Source: an uncultured delta proteobacterium
Lineage (GTDB): Bacteria > Desulfobacterota > Desulfobacteria > Desulfobacterales > UBA2156
DNA: 64,000 nt
Direction: 5' to 3'
Assembly: GCA_963736855.1 (NCBI GenBank)
Contig: CAVTQK010000014.1
Location: forward strand, 8,654-72,653
This document shows positions 11,327 through 23,146 of the stretch, in pieces. A model generated the notes under the pieces. It was given only the letters and a program-made list of their open reading frames with translations, was not told the origin of the DNA and ran no database searches. Each line of letters opens with the position of its first letter. Within the stretch, counting starts at the first letter, position 1. Position numbers and translations under genes: made by a program.

Positions 11327-11803
11327 ATGGAACGGGCCAAATATGGGGATAATCTCTTATCGGAACTTGCCAAACGCTTTACCGAACTCAAAATCAGCAA
11401 CTGCAACCGACGCCAGCTTTGTCGTTATCTCCGCTTTTACCGTCTTTATCCCGGAATTGTGCGGACACTGTCCGCACAATTGAAAACGCTGTTACCTCCA
11501 AGAGCGAATGACCTCGAGAAAGTGGGGACAGCGTCCCCACAATTGCAGATCCCCCAGGATAAGATCATCCATCGACTTTCCTATATTCACCTGGAATTGA
11601 TCGTTGATCTTGACGACGACCTCAAACGTGTTTTCTACGAAATCGAGTGCATCCGAGGCAACTGGTCGGTACGGGAGCTGAAACGCCACATCGGCAGCCT
11701 CTACTATGAGCAATCCGGCTTATCCAAAGACAAGAAGAAGCGGACGAAAATCCGACCACGCTTAAAAACCCGTTTGATTATCCTGGGTCCTTGGATCCTC
11801 TAA
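11327..11803 (+). pseudogene. Fragment of a DUF1016/YhcG-family protein (N-terminal part; PD-(D/E)XK domain missing)
   Basis: RAKYGDNLLSELA..RFY..YP, LSYIHL, FYEIECIRGNWSVRELKRHI; truncated at both ends. Confidence 0.7.
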
Positions 11804-11896
11804 CCAAAGAAAAAACATCTCTTACAAGAGAGGCCTCCCAGCTAGAAAGCGGGGCAGGCTCCTTGTCTCTCCCGGAGTTGTTTCACTCGTTGCAGC

Positions 11897-13117
11897 TTAC
11901 GGCAGCCCAGCAAGCCACTGGCAAGCCGGAGCGACCAACATTTTCTGATCGCCGTTTGAAAGCCTTCGAAACCCTTCCGCCTCCTCAACCAGTTGCACTG
12001 CGGGGATCTTCAAGGCATTCTGAAACTTGACCAGCGCCCTTGAGGGTTGCACCTCCGAAAACTTTGCCTCGATCAGCACAACGGGTTCATTCTCATTTGC
12101 AATGAGGAAATCAACTTCTTCCTGTTCCTTGTTCTTGATAAAATGAAGCGAAAACCGGCCGTACCCCATGTTGTTCCACAGGGTGATCGATCGAAAAAGC
12201 TCGCAGGCAACTCTGTTTTCAAAACGAGCCGCAGGGGCTTTGACAAGCGGCACATCCCAAAGATAGACTTTATGCTCTTTTTGAATCGCCCTTGCCACGC
12301 GGCGTGTCCAGGTGGAGATACTGAAAACCATAAAGAACCGCTCAAGGGTCGACAGCCAGCTCCGGACCGTATTGTACGAAACCTTTAAATCCCGGGATAG
12401 GGAAGAGACCGAAATCGGGCTCCCAACTTTGGTGGGAATCAAATGGTAGAGGGTTTCCACATCACCGATAGCCTTAATATCGGTTAGATCGCGGATATCC
12501 TCCCGGATCAACTGCTGCGAATACGCACTGGACCAGCGCCGATAGGTGGTCTTTCGACCCGAGAGAAACGGTTCCGGAAACCCGGAAAGCTCTGCTATGC
12601 TTGACCAGATCTCTCGGATATTCTTACTTATTTCCATTTCGATGCGAAGTGGGTCCTTCATAAACAGGTCGTGCGGAATGTTGCAGCCAGCCAGTTCTGC
12701 CACGGTAAACGGCCACAGGTGAAACAAGAAATACCGTCCGGCCAGTGAGTCTCCCCCCTTTTGATAGATGTCGAGCCGTCCGCTTCCGGATATTAGGAAC
12801 TGAAATAAATTCTGGTATTGATCGTAGCTCCCCTTGAGATAATTTTTCCAGTCCCTGTATTTATGAATTTCATCAAATACAACCAGCGGAACGGATTCAT
12901 CCTTTCGCTCGATGTGCTCAAAAAAAGCCGGGTCCTCCAGAAGACGCATCCTGTCCTGTGGAATATCCCAGTTGAAATACAGGCTATTTGTAAAGGAACC
13001 CATGATCTGCCGACAAAGGGTGGTCTTTCCCGCCTGCCGGGGACCAGCCATAAATACCATGCTTTTTTCACCGGACAATTCCGTCCAGATGTTTAGGTAG
13101 AGAGGTCTGGATCGCAT
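11897..13117 (-). CDS. AAA_14 ATPase with DUF4143 C-terminal domain
   Basis: GPRQAGKTT, FDEIHK, SGSG, SLAGR, SGFPEP, EVDFLI..IEAK. Confidence 0.88.
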   Translation of the reverse strand: MRSRPLYLNIWTELSGEKSMVFMAGPRQAGKTTLCRQIMGSFTNSLYFNWDIPQDRMRLLEDPAFFEHIERKDESVPLVVFDEIHKYRDWKNYLKGSYDQYQNLFQFLISGSGRLDIYQKGGDSLAGRYFLFHLWPFTVAELAGCNIPHDLFMKDPLRIEMEISKNIREIWSSIAELSGFPEPFLSGRKTTYRRWSSAYSQQLIREDIRDLTDIKAIGDVETLYHLIPTKVGSPISVSSLSRDLKVSYNTVRSWLSTLERFFMVFSISTWTRRVARAIQKEHKVYLWDVPLVKAPAARFENRVACELFRSITLWNNMGYGRFSLHFIKNKEQEEVDFLIANENEPVVLIEAKFSEVQPSRALVKFQNALKIPAVQLVEEAEGFRRLSNGDQKMLVAPACQWLAGLP

Positions 13118-13138
13118 AGTGGCAATATTTCATCTTAC

Positions 13139-13164
13139 TGAAAAATAGTCAAGACTATTTTTCA
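13139..13164. promoter_or_regulatory. Perfect 12-bp inverted repeat overlapping the -35 of the AAA gene; probable operator
   Basis: TGAAAAATAGTC-AA-GACTATTTTTCA; contains TTGACT on the minus strand. Confidence 0.5.
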
Positions 13165-13428
13165 ATAGGCTAAAAAATGGTCACAATATAGATCAGAAGG
13201 AATTCCTTTGCTGGAGGATTTTTTTGACCACATCCGGATCTTCAAAGATGGAAAAAGCCGTATCTCTGTTCAAAATAGCACTACACATTCAGCTCTTTGA
13301 CAACCTTCAGTTTACAATGGTCACCCGGCCGGGAGGCTGGACGCCGGAGACCTTGAACGGCTGGTAGGCAACGCCCTCAAAGTCGGTTCGGAAATGCGCT
13401 TCTACGCGTTATCAATCACCGATGCACA

Positions 13429-13839
13429 TTACGAAACCCAATTCTGCACCTTTAATCCGGCGATGCGTCGAAATTCTCGTTCGTTGTTGGTAACGACCGT
13501 AAGGCCTGCCGCTTTAGCGTGTGCAGCGATCCATAAATCGTTGTTGCCGATAGACCGCCCCTGAGTTTCAAGTGCCGCCCGGATGATTCCATATGTATTC
13601 CCGGCCGTCTCCGGTATCGGCAGAACGGGAACAAAGGTCTTGAACTCCGCAAGCAACTCGAGAGCCTTTTTACGCTGCTTGCTTTTCTCTGCACCGTACA
13701 GCAGTTCGCCCCACGTGATAACGGATATCGCAGCATCTCCGGGTTCAAGTTTTTGGAAACGCGTCAATACGTTCCCCGGTCTTTGGCGTTGGATGTAAAT
13801 ACAGATATTGGTATCCAATAGAAAACGAGCCGCCATCAC
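13429..13839 (-). CDS. vapC: VapC PIN-domain toxin
   Basis: LLDTNICI, ELLYGA, NDLWIAAHA, VTNNEREF. Confidence 0.93.
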   Translation of the reverse strand: MMAARFLLDTNICIYIQRQRPGNVLTRFQKLEPGDAAISVITWGELLYGAEKSKQRKKALELLAEFKTFVPVLPIPETAGNTYGIIRAALETQGRSIGNNDLWIAAHAKAAGLTVVTNNEREFRRIAGLKVQNWVS

Positions 13840-14066
13840 AATCCCTCCCGATGCTGAGGGAGTGTGTCCTGACGTCCTTCAGCAAAGAAATCATCAGGAA
13901 GTTCGGTCAACACTTCAAATGCTCGTCCCAGTCCTTTACCGGGTTCCCGCAGCACGATTTCGTCTCCGCGGCGAAGAATCTCAACAATCTTGCTCTTGAC
14001 GGAGAATTCCTTTGGCAACCTTACTGCCTGGCTATTTCCTGATTTGAAAACTCTAGTTGTTTTCAT
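13836..14066 (-). CDS. vapB: VapB (AbrB/MazE-fold) antitoxin
   Basis: VFKSGNSQAVRLPKEF; overlaps the vapC start. Confidence 0.92.
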   Translation of the reverse strand: MKTTRVFKSGNSQAVRLPKEFSVKSKIVEILRRGDEIVLREPGKGLGRAFEVLTELPDDFFAEGRQDTLPQHREGL

Positions 14067-14381
14067 AACAACCTCCTCGCCCTTCATCCGACTCGCATCT
14101 CCTTCAATCATCGGAGATTCTTCTATTTATGTATACACTGGAAAGTATATACATGCGGATAAGAAATGTCAATTTCTGAATTTGCCGGTTTCATTCAATA
14201 AATATACAAAAAGCAAGGCTTATTTCTGTGTTTCCCATGATAAAGACTTACGTTCATCAATCGTGAACAAGTCGAGATAGTGAACAACAGATGGAGACGT
14301 ATCGTCGGTGATGTTTGAGACGACAGGAAGAAGATCTGTTTGCTGAGTTCGATCGGCTGGAAGCTCTGAAAAGAAAATCGA

Positions 14382-15094
<713 letters not shown>

Positions 15095-15098
<4 letters not shown>

Positions 15099-15865
15099 TC
15101 CACCACGTCTTTTCCCAGGTAGGCATCGATCACCTTGGGATTGCTGCGAATCTCTTCCGGTGTTCCTTCGGCGATGATTTCTCCGAAGACCAGGGTCTGG
15201 ATGCTCTGGCAAAGCTCCATGACGACCCGGAGCCTGTGTTCGATGAGGAAAATGGCCAGACCGAGTTCTTCATGAACCTGCCGGATGGTCGCCACCATCC
15301 TCCCCAGCTCCTCCGGATTCATCCCTGCGGTGGGCTCGTCCAGGAAAAGCACCTTGGGTTCGGTGGCCAGGGCCCGGGCCATCTCCACGCGCCTCTGGGC
15401 GCCGTACGGCAGGTTGAGGATGTTCTGATCGGCCAACGGATCCACACCGAACATGTTTAAAAAAAAATGCGCTTTCTCTTCTGATTCCGCCTCTTCCCGA
15501 TGGCGCGCAGCGGTTCCGAAAAAGGCGCCGAAAAGCCCGTACTCCAGCTTGGAATACCGGGCCATCTTGACATGCTCCAGGACCGTCATGTGGCGCCAGA
15601 GCTGCATGTTCTGAAAAGTTCGTCCCAGGCCCATGGCCGCCACCTGGTGCGGCTTGAGGCCCTTGATGCTCGTTCCTTCGAGGAGGATCTCCCCTTCGGT
15701 GGGAGTGTGGATGCCGGTTATCAGGTTGAAAATCGTGCTCTTGCCGGCGCCGTTGGGTCCGATGAGTCCTTTAATCTGTCCCGGATCGATCTGCAGGTGA
15801 TAGTCGTGAACCGCCCTCAGGCCTCCGAAGTAATGCGTCATTTTTTCAACATGCAAAAGACTCAT
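15095..15865 (-). CDS. livG: Branched-chain amino acid ABC transporter ATPase
   Basis: GPNGAGKST, LPYGAQRR, LDEPTAGMN. Confidence 0.92.
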
Positions 15866-15874
15866 GAAAATCCC

Positions 15875-17147
15875 TCAAAAGGACTTGCCCTTCGGTTGGA
15901 GAACGCGTTTGGGATCAAACTCTTTGAAGGCGATTAAGCCTTTGGGCCTGAAAATCATCACCAGGATCAGAAGCAGCGGGATGATGATCCACTTGAACAG
16001 TTCGAGAGGCCTCAGGGCTTCCCCCAGCAGGTTGAGGCTTACGGCACCCACGATGGAGCCATAGACGGAATTGAGTCCTCCGAAATAGACCATGGCCAGG
16101 ACTTCCGCAAGATTCTGCACGGCGAAAGTCGCAGGGTTGATATATCGCAGGACGTGGGCAAAAAGACCGCCGGCGACTCCTGCCCAGAAGGCTGCAAACA
16201 GAAAAGCCGTCATCTTCGTGTTTCGGGTGTTCACGGTCATGGCGTCCGCGGCCAGTTCATCGTCCCGGACCGCATTCATTGCCTTTCCCAGGGTGGAGCG
16301 AACAAAGTTATTGATGATCCAGATGCATAATACGGTCCAGATAAAAACAGTGGGAAGAGAGGCCAGATCCGGCTGCCCTCCCAGCCCCCGGGGACCGCCG
16401 ACGAATTCCAGGTTTTCGATAAGGCTTTTAATGATGAACATGAAGGCCAGCGAAATGATGGCCAGGTAATCCCCCCGTGTCCGAAAAGAGGGGATGGCAA
16501 TGATCAATGCGCCAAGTGCGGCGGCAAAACCTCCGAGAATCAAGCCAATGGGGAAAAAATACGGCGCCAGAGACGAGGAAAGCCATGCCTTCCCGTAGAG
16601 CCGGCTGTCGGCAAAAAACATGAGGGTAAAGACCGAGCAGACATAGGCCCCCAAAGCCATGAAGCCGGGATGGGAGCAGGAGAATTCCCCCATGTACCCG
16701 TTGACGACATTCAGGCTCAGGGTCAGCATGATGGAGATCAGGGTCAGCTTCAAGGTCAGGACCCGGTAGGCGGAAATGTCCGACCACAGGTGGATGCAGG
16801 CATACAGAAGCACCAGGTGAATCGCGGCCGAAAGCCCCACGGAATGACGGAGGAGACGGCCGGCCACTGCGTTTGCCGCAGGGGCGGAAAGCCTTGCGAC
16901 AATCGAAATGGGCAGCACATAGACAAGCCCGACAAAGGCCAGTGAACCGGGGATGAGAGCCGGTTTTTTCAGCATGATCACGAAACCGAACAGAACCGGA
17001 ATCTTGGGAAGCCCCAGGATTCCGGCAAGGCTTTCCCCCAGATAGCGCTCCAGAAGGACTGCCGCCAAAATCCCGACAAGCCATCCCAGGAGCGGTATCC
17101 CGGAAAAAAACCTTCTGAAAAAAGTGCTTCGAATCGGTTTTCGCCAT
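15875..17147 (-). CDS. livM: Branched-chain amino acid ABC permease (probable frameshift near the 5' end)
   Basis: GDYLAIISLAF, AVRDDELAA, GGLNSVYG; ATG at 17147 lies in another frame. Confidence 0.85.
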
Positions 17148-17162
17148 CTCTCGTCGAACTTT

Positions 17163-18086
17163 TTACAGCCGCAGCTGCGCGGAGTACGGCTCGCCGAAGA
17201 AGCCGTGGGGCCGGAAAGTCAGAATCAGCAGGATGATGGAATAGGCGATGAGATCCCGCAGGGTGGACGGAAAGATCATGGCCACGAAAATCTCGATGAA
17301 GCCCAGCAGAAAACCGGCCAGGCATGCCCCCATGATGGAGCCCCTTCCTCCCAGGATGGCGGCCACAAACGCCTTCCATCCGAACAGAATGCCCATGTAC
17401 GGGTCCAGGACCGGATACGCCGTGCCGAAAAGGATCCCGGCCACGGCGGCCAGCGCCGATCCGATGGCAAAGGTCATCCGTGCGATGGTATTGATCGAGA
17501 TTCCCATCAGAGGAACAATGAGGTAATCGAATGCCATGGCGCGGATGGCCATCCCCCATTTGCTTCTCCGGATGAATTGGTCCAACGCCAGCATGATCGC
17601 CAGCGACACCACCACGATCATGATTTTCTTGTTGGTGACGTAAACGCCCCCGAAGTTGTAGGTGGCGGTTTCGATCAGGCTCGGAAAGCTGACGCGCTGG
17701 GCGCCGAGAAGGGCGAGGTTCCCGGTTTCCAGGATGATCCCGATCATGAGCCCCGTGATGGCCGCGGAAGCACGGGGCGCATCCCGCAGGGGGCGGTATC
17801 CGATCCGCTCCACCAGCATTCCGACAAAAGACGTCAGAAACATGGAAAAGAGGATGGTGAGCACCAGGATGAGCCAGTTGGGCAGGGCGATCACCCCCGA
17901 CGCGGTCAGGGCGATGATCCCCGTCGATACCCCGAAACCGATATAGGCGCCGACCATGAAAATGTCGCCGTGGGCGAAATTAAACAGCATCAGGATACTG
18001 TAAACCATGGAGTATCCCAGGGCGATCAGCGCGTAGAAGCTTCCCCACTGCAGCGCATTGATCATGTTCTGGAAGAAAAACACCAT
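17163..18086 (-). CDS. livH: Branched-chain amino acid ABC permease
   Basis: YALIALGYSMVY..NFAHGDIFM, KAFVAAILGG. Confidence 0.92.
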   Translation of the reverse strand: MVFFFQNMINALQWGSFYALIALGYSMVYSILMLFNFAHGDIFMVGAYIGFGVSTGIIALTASGVIALPNWLILVLTILFSMFLTSFVGMLVERIGYRPLRDAPRASAAITGLMIGIILETGNLALLGAQRVSFPSLIETATYNFGGVYVTNKKIMIVVVSLAIMLALDQFIRRSKWGMAIRAMAFDYLIVPLMGISINTIARMTFAIGSALAAVAGILFGTAYPVLDPYMGILFGWKAFVAAILGGRGSIMGACLAGFLLGFIEIFVAMIFPSTLRDLIAYSIILLILTFRPHGFFGEPYSAQLRL

Positions 18087-18120
18087 CGGTCAGGATCCCC
18101 TTGCAGGCGTTTCTTCTTTT

Positions 18121-18164
18121 AAAAGGGCGGGCGCGGGAGACTGTCTCCCGGGCCCGCCCTTTTT
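18121..18164. terminator. Hairpin/terminator after the substrate-binding protein gene
   Basis: AAAAGGGCGGGC..GCCCGCCCTTTT. Confidence 0.7.
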
Positions 18165-18190
18165 ATCGGTATTTTTACGATTTTATCAGG

Positions 18191-19363
18191 TTAAGGACAA
18201 ACCGACTTGTAGAACTCGAACTCGCCTTTTTCGCTGATCCGAACGATCACGGCGCACTTGATGGGATCCCCTTCCTCGGTAAAAGTCATTTTCCCGGTGA
18301 TCCCCTCGAAATCCTTCAACTTTGCCAGAGCGTCGCGCAGGCACTGACGGTCCTGCTCGATCTTGCCGGTGACCTTCCCGCATTTGGCCAGGGCGCTTTC
18401 CACGATCTTCATGGCATCCCAGGTCAGAGCCGCCACGTCGTCGGGAACATATCCGTGCTTTTTGTTGTAGCGGTCAATGAACTTCTTGGTCTCTCCCTTG
18501 GCTCCGGCGGCCGCGTAATGGGTGGAAAAGAAGAGTCCGTAGCAGTCCTTTCCGCACAGTTTAACGGTCTCCGCACTGCCCCAGCTGTCGCTTCCCACGA
18601 TTGGGGCCTTGAATCCCAGCTCATGGGCCTGCTGAACGATGAGGGCCACTTCATTGTAATACTGCGGGGTGAAGAGGAACTCGGCACCGGATTTCTTGAT
18701 CTTGGTCAGCTGGGAGCTGAAATCGGTGTCCTTGGTGGTGAAACTCTCATAAGCCACCACGGAACCCGGGCCGTTGACGCCTTCCCACGCTTTTTTGAAG
18801 AACTCGGCCAGTCCCTTGGGGTAGTCGCTGGCCACATCATACAGGACAGCGGCTTTCTTGAATTTGTATTCCGCCTTGATGAAATTGGCCACCACCGGTC
18901 CCTGGAACGGATCGAGGAAGCACGCCCGGAAGACATAGGGTCGGTTCTTGGTGGTGTCCGGATTGGTGGACCAGGGGGAGATCATGGGGGTTTTATAGTT
19001 GTTGGCGACCTCACCGGCCGGAATGGCCTGTTTGGATGCCTGGGGTCCCACCATCACGATGATTTCATCCTCGGTGATCATCTTGGTGGCCACCTTCACG
19101 GCGGATTCGGCTTTTGCCTCGTTGTCCTCGATGACAAGCTCCACCGGATATTTCTTGCCGCCGATGGTCAATCCGCCGGCCGCTTTAACATCCTCGAGCC
19201 ACATCTGGGCCGCGAACTTGGTCCCTTCCCCGACTTTCGGGATATCCCCGGTGATGGGAGCGTTGATCCCGATTTTGATGGGTTTGGTTTGGCTCCAGGC
19301 AGACGGCATAACGATCAAGCCGATTGCCACACACATGATGACGAAAATCAATCCCTTGCGCAT
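18191..19363 (-). CDS. LivK/LivJ-family ABC substrate-binding protein
   Basis: Signal peptide, IKIGINAPITG, FRACFLDPFQG; AGGAG RBS. Confidence 0.9.
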   Translation of the reverse strand: MRKGLIFVIMCVAIGLIVMPSAWSQTKPIKIGINAPITGDIPKVGEGTKFAAQMWLEDVKAAGGLTIGGKKYPVELVIEDNEAKAESAVKVATKMITEDEIIVMVGPQASKQAIPAGEVANNYKTPMISPWSTNPDTTKNRPYVFRACFLDPFQGPVVANFIKAEYKFKKAAVLYDVASDYPKGLAEFFKKAWEGVNGPGSVVAYESFTTKDTDFSSQLTKIKKSGAEFLFTPQYYNEVALIVQQAHELGFKAPIVGSDSWGSAETVKLCGKDCYGLFFSTHYAAAGAKGETKKFIDRYNKKHGYVPDDVAALTWDAMKIVESALAKCGKVTGKIEQDRQCLRDALAKLKDFEGITGKMTFTEEGDPIKCAVIVRISEKGEFEFYKSVCP

Positions 19364-19531
19364 GTCTCCTCCTTTTCGATCTGAGTCGGCCCCCAGGTAA
19401 GAAAACGGGCTAAAAGCCCGCATTTCAATGGTCCAAGAACCGACTCCGGTTGATATAACCCTAAAACGGGAAGCCTTTTCCCTCTTGAACGCCGTTTCGG
19501 CGGATATCATATGGTTTCAGGTTTGGCAATC

Positions 19532-20377
19532 CTAATCTATCATATTAAGTAGGCGAAAGAGCAGGTTCCCGGCCACCTGCCGCCGGTAGGCAGCGCTTGC
19601 CCGGACATCGTCGATGGGGGTGACCCTATTCCGGACGGCTGCGGCCGCGGTTTCGAGGGTTTCCGGAGACAGGGTTTTCCCGACAAGATCCTTTTCCACG
19701 TCCGGAAAGCAAAGGACCGTGGGTCCGACGCTTCCCCAAGCCAGCCGGATCTCGCGGATCTCCCCGGATTTGGTGATATCCGCTAGCGCCGCCATGCTGA
19801 CAACGGCGCAGGCCAATGCATTTCGAAGCCCCACTTTTTCGTAGTGTTGGACGGCCCAGGGTCGGGGTTTAGGTATCAAAACGGTGGTGACAATCTCCTT
19901 GGAGTCGAGGCGGGTCCGTCCCGGCCCGACGATAAAATCGGAGAGTTTCATCTGCCGGCGGCGGTTCTCAGATGCCAACTGCACTTCGGCATTTAACAGA
20001 TACAGCGGCGGCAGTGTGTCACCTGCCGGTGAGGCGGTCACGATATTCCCGCCGATGGTTCCCATGTGCCGGATGGGCGGGGAACCGAGTCGCGCAATGG
20101 CATGACAGAGAAGGGGGTACTCTTTTCGGATGATCGGATGACCCATGATATGAGCATGCGACGTACAGGCACCGATGTGAACCGTTTCACCACGATCCTC
20201 GACACCTTGAAGCGCACCGATCCGATCGAGGCATATCAGCGCTTCAGGGTCAGCAATCCGTGCATGCATCTTAACAAAAAGGTCCGTCCCACCGCCATAA
20301 ACCCCTGCTTTGGGATATTCCTCCCATATTTCCCAAAGTGCCTGCAGGGTCTTGGGCAGAAAGACGTTCCGATTCAC
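19532..20377 (-). CDS. Xanthine dehydrogenase family FAD-binding subunit
   Basis: GGTDL, IRHMGTIGGNIVTASPAGD, IDDVRASAAYR. Confidence 0.9.
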   Translation of the reverse strand: MNRNVFLPKTLQALWEIWEEYPKAGVYGGGTDLFVKMHARIADPEALICLDRIGALQGVEDRGETVHIGACTSHAHIMGHPIIRKEYPLLCHAIARLGSPPIRHMGTIGGNIVTASPAGDTLPPLYLLNAEVQLASENRRRQMKLSDFIVGPGRTRLDSKEIVTTVLIPKPRPWAVQHYEKVGLRNALACAVVSMAALADITKSGEIREIRLAWGSVGPTVLCFPDVEKDLVGKTLSPETLETAAAAVRNRVTPIDDVRASAAYRRQVAGNLLFRLLNMID

Positions 20378-20847
20378 TTTTTCTCCTTACCGATTTCGGC
20401 GGAAGCGGCCTCAACCGCATCCACGATCTTCTGGTATCCGGTGCAACGGCAGATGTTTCCGGAGATCCCTTCCCGGATCTGATCGCGCGTGGGATATCGG
20501 TTGCGCGATAACAGATCGTGTGCCGCCAGGATCATCCCGGGAGTACAGTAGCCGCACTGGACAGCCCCGTATTCCACAAAGGCCTGCTGGATGGGATGCA
20601 GCCGGTTATCTTGGGAGAGCCCTTCGATGGTGGCCAGCCGTCTGCCTTCCAGCTGGACCGCCAGCATCAGACATGAAAGCCTGCTCTCCCCGTCCACCAG
20701 AACGGTGCAGGCCCCGCATTCACCGGAGCCGCAACATTCCTTGGTACCATAAAGGTTTAAATCTTCCCTCAGGATATCCACTACACGGCGGTCCGGCGGG
20801 ACATCCAGGGTCATCTCCTTGTCATTCAGGATGAAATTGATTTTCAT
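20374..20847 (-). CDS. Xanthine dehydrogenase family 2Fe-2S subunit
   Basis: CGSGECGACTV, QCGYCTPG, CRCTGY. Confidence 0.93.
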   Translation of the reverse strand: MKINFILNDKEMTLDVPPDRRVVDILREDLNLYGTKECCGSGECGACTVLVDGESRLSCLMLAVQLEGRRLATIEGLSQDNRLHPIQQAFVEYGAVQCGYCTPGMILAAHDLLSRNRYPTRDQIREGISGNICRCTGYQKIVDAVEAASAEIGKEKK

Positions 20848-23146
20848 GCCTTCTCATCCTTTTGCTTTTGTGCCAAAGCAGACAGGACCTTTTCCGGCGT
20901 CATGGGCGGTTGAAAAATGCGAATCCCGCAGGCGTCGGCTAATGCATTGGCTACCGCCGGAAGCGGACCGCTGATGGGGATTTCGCCTATGCCTTTCATT
21001 CCGAAAGGACCCGTTTCCTCGCGAAGCGGAAGCGCCACGCTGTCCATTTCCGGAACATCCATGGCCGTCGGCAGGATATACGTCGTCAGGTTCGGGGTTC
21101 GGCTGCATCCATCTTCAACCCGGTAGTCCTCATATAGCCCGTAGCCGATGCCTTGAGCGATGCCGCCATGGATCTGCTGTTCAAACACCTGCGGGTTGAG
21201 AACGGCGCCGCCGTCGGTCACCGCCAGGTACCGGCAGACGGTGACGGCTCCGGTCAGAAGATCCACCTCCACCAGTGCCAGGTGGGCGGCGAATGCAAAA
21301 ATGATGTGCGGAAAACCGTAGACGGAGTTTAATTCTACCTTCAGCTTGTCCGTCGCCGTCGGCGCCTGCCAGGTATGCGTGGCCATCCGCTCGGCGGCCG
21401 ACATGATCTCTCGCAAAGTTTGGAAAGCGCGATTTCACGCCCCGATGGGATATGGCGGATCTTTCCGGGAAGAAGTTCGAATTCTTCTTTTGAATCGATC
21501 CCCATCCGGGAGGCGGCTTTTTCGAAAAGCAATTGTTTCATCTTACCTGCCGCGCCGATCAGCGCATTGGCGTAAGTATAGGTGGTGCGGCTTGCCGCAG
21601 AGGATCCGGAGGGGAGTGTTTTATCGGTGTCCGGAAGGACAAGCGCCATGCGGTCCCAGGGCTGGCGGAGCAGATCCGCTGCAATCTGAAGAAACGTGCT
21701 CGCGTTGCCCTGCCCCATGTCCGTTACGGCGGCATCGACCGTAAAGGTGCCGTCGGACAGAAGCTCGATCTTGGCGTTGCCGACATCCGGGACGATCGGT
21801 CCATACCCCATGCCATGGGCCAGCAGCGCAATGCCCGCACCCCGGCGCTTGAATTTTCCGGCGGATTTTTTCCACGCCTCGCGCCCCTGCCACAGGGGAT
21901 GATGCTGAAGATGATTCAGACACTCCTCCGCACCCACGGAATGGGTCAGGGCGACCCCTACGGGGTTCTGATCCCCCCGGTGCACGACATTTTTAAGGCG
22001 CAGCGCCAGGGGATCCATGCCGAGCCTTTGGGCCAGCATGTCCATGAGTTGTTCGAAGACGGCCGTCGCCTGGGGGCCCCCAAAACCCCGGAAGGGTCCT
22101 GCGGGCGGATTGTTCGTATAAACCGAACGGCCGTTGATGACGACATGGGGAATCCGGTAAGAGGCGCCGGCATGCTCCACGGCAAGGGCCAGGATCTCTC
22201 CGCACAGGTGGTCATAGGCGCCGGCGTCCATTAAAATGCGGCAATCCATAGCTTGGAGAAGGCCGTTTTCGGACGCCCCTAGCCGGCAGATGATCTCGGC
22301 CGGCATGCGTTTGACGCTGCAAAGAAAACTCTCTTCCCTGTCCCACCACATTTTGACCGGACGGCCTCCAGCATTAAGCGCGGCCAGCGCCAGCAGCGCC
22401 TGGACGGTTGCACCGTCCTTCCCTCCGAATCCGCCGCCGAGATACGGCGCAATCACCCGGATCCGCTCCAGGGGAAGGCCCAGGGCTTCGGCCGTCTCTC
22501 TCCGATCCCGATGGGGCGACTGGGTCGATACCACGATCGTGATCTTTCCGGTTGCATCCATCTGCGCCCATCCGGCCTCGGTCTCAAGATAGGCATGCTC
22601 CTGGCGCGGAAGCGCGAATCGACCGGAGACAACAATCTCGCAGCCGGCAAGGGCTGCCTCGCCTTCCCCTTTTTCCACGTGAACCGCCGCCAGGATGTTT
22701 CCGGGGCTTTCCGAATGGATCAGGGGGTCTCCGGAAAGCGCGGCATCCGCATTAAAAACCGCAGGAAGCAAGTCATACTCCACCCGGATTTCTTCCAGGG
22801 CCTCAACCAGCGCGGTCCGGGTTTCGGCAAGGATCAATACGACGGGATCCCCGATGCGCAGCACTTTTTCATTTGCCAGAACGGGCTGGTCCTTTTTTAT
22901 GATTCCCTGGCGGTTGGGGCCGGGGACGTCTTTGGACGTCAGCACGGCAACAACGCCGGTCTGTCGGCGGGCCGATTCCGCGTGGATGTGCCTGATCCGG
23001 CCGTGGGCCACATCGGAGCGCTTCACTCCGGCCCAAAGGAAGTTTCCGTCATAGTAGTCCGCCGCGAATTTCTCTTTTCCGGCGACCTTGGTCCAGGCAT
23101 CGACCCGGGCTGCGGGACTCCCCACTTCAGGTATTTCAGGATGCAT
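20844..23146 (-). CDS. Xanthine dehydrogenase/aldehyde oxidoreductase molybdopterin subunit (frameshifted near 21400-21420)
   Basis: QEHAYLETE, GGGFGGK, FRGFGGPQ, GMKGIGE split over two ORFs. Confidence 0.88.

Noticed and set aside
18101..19384. Long antisense ORFs (also 926-1897, 17124-18122, 39010-40113, 43342-44160)
   Set aside because: Shadows of well-supported opposite-strand genes in GC-rich DNA; no motifs
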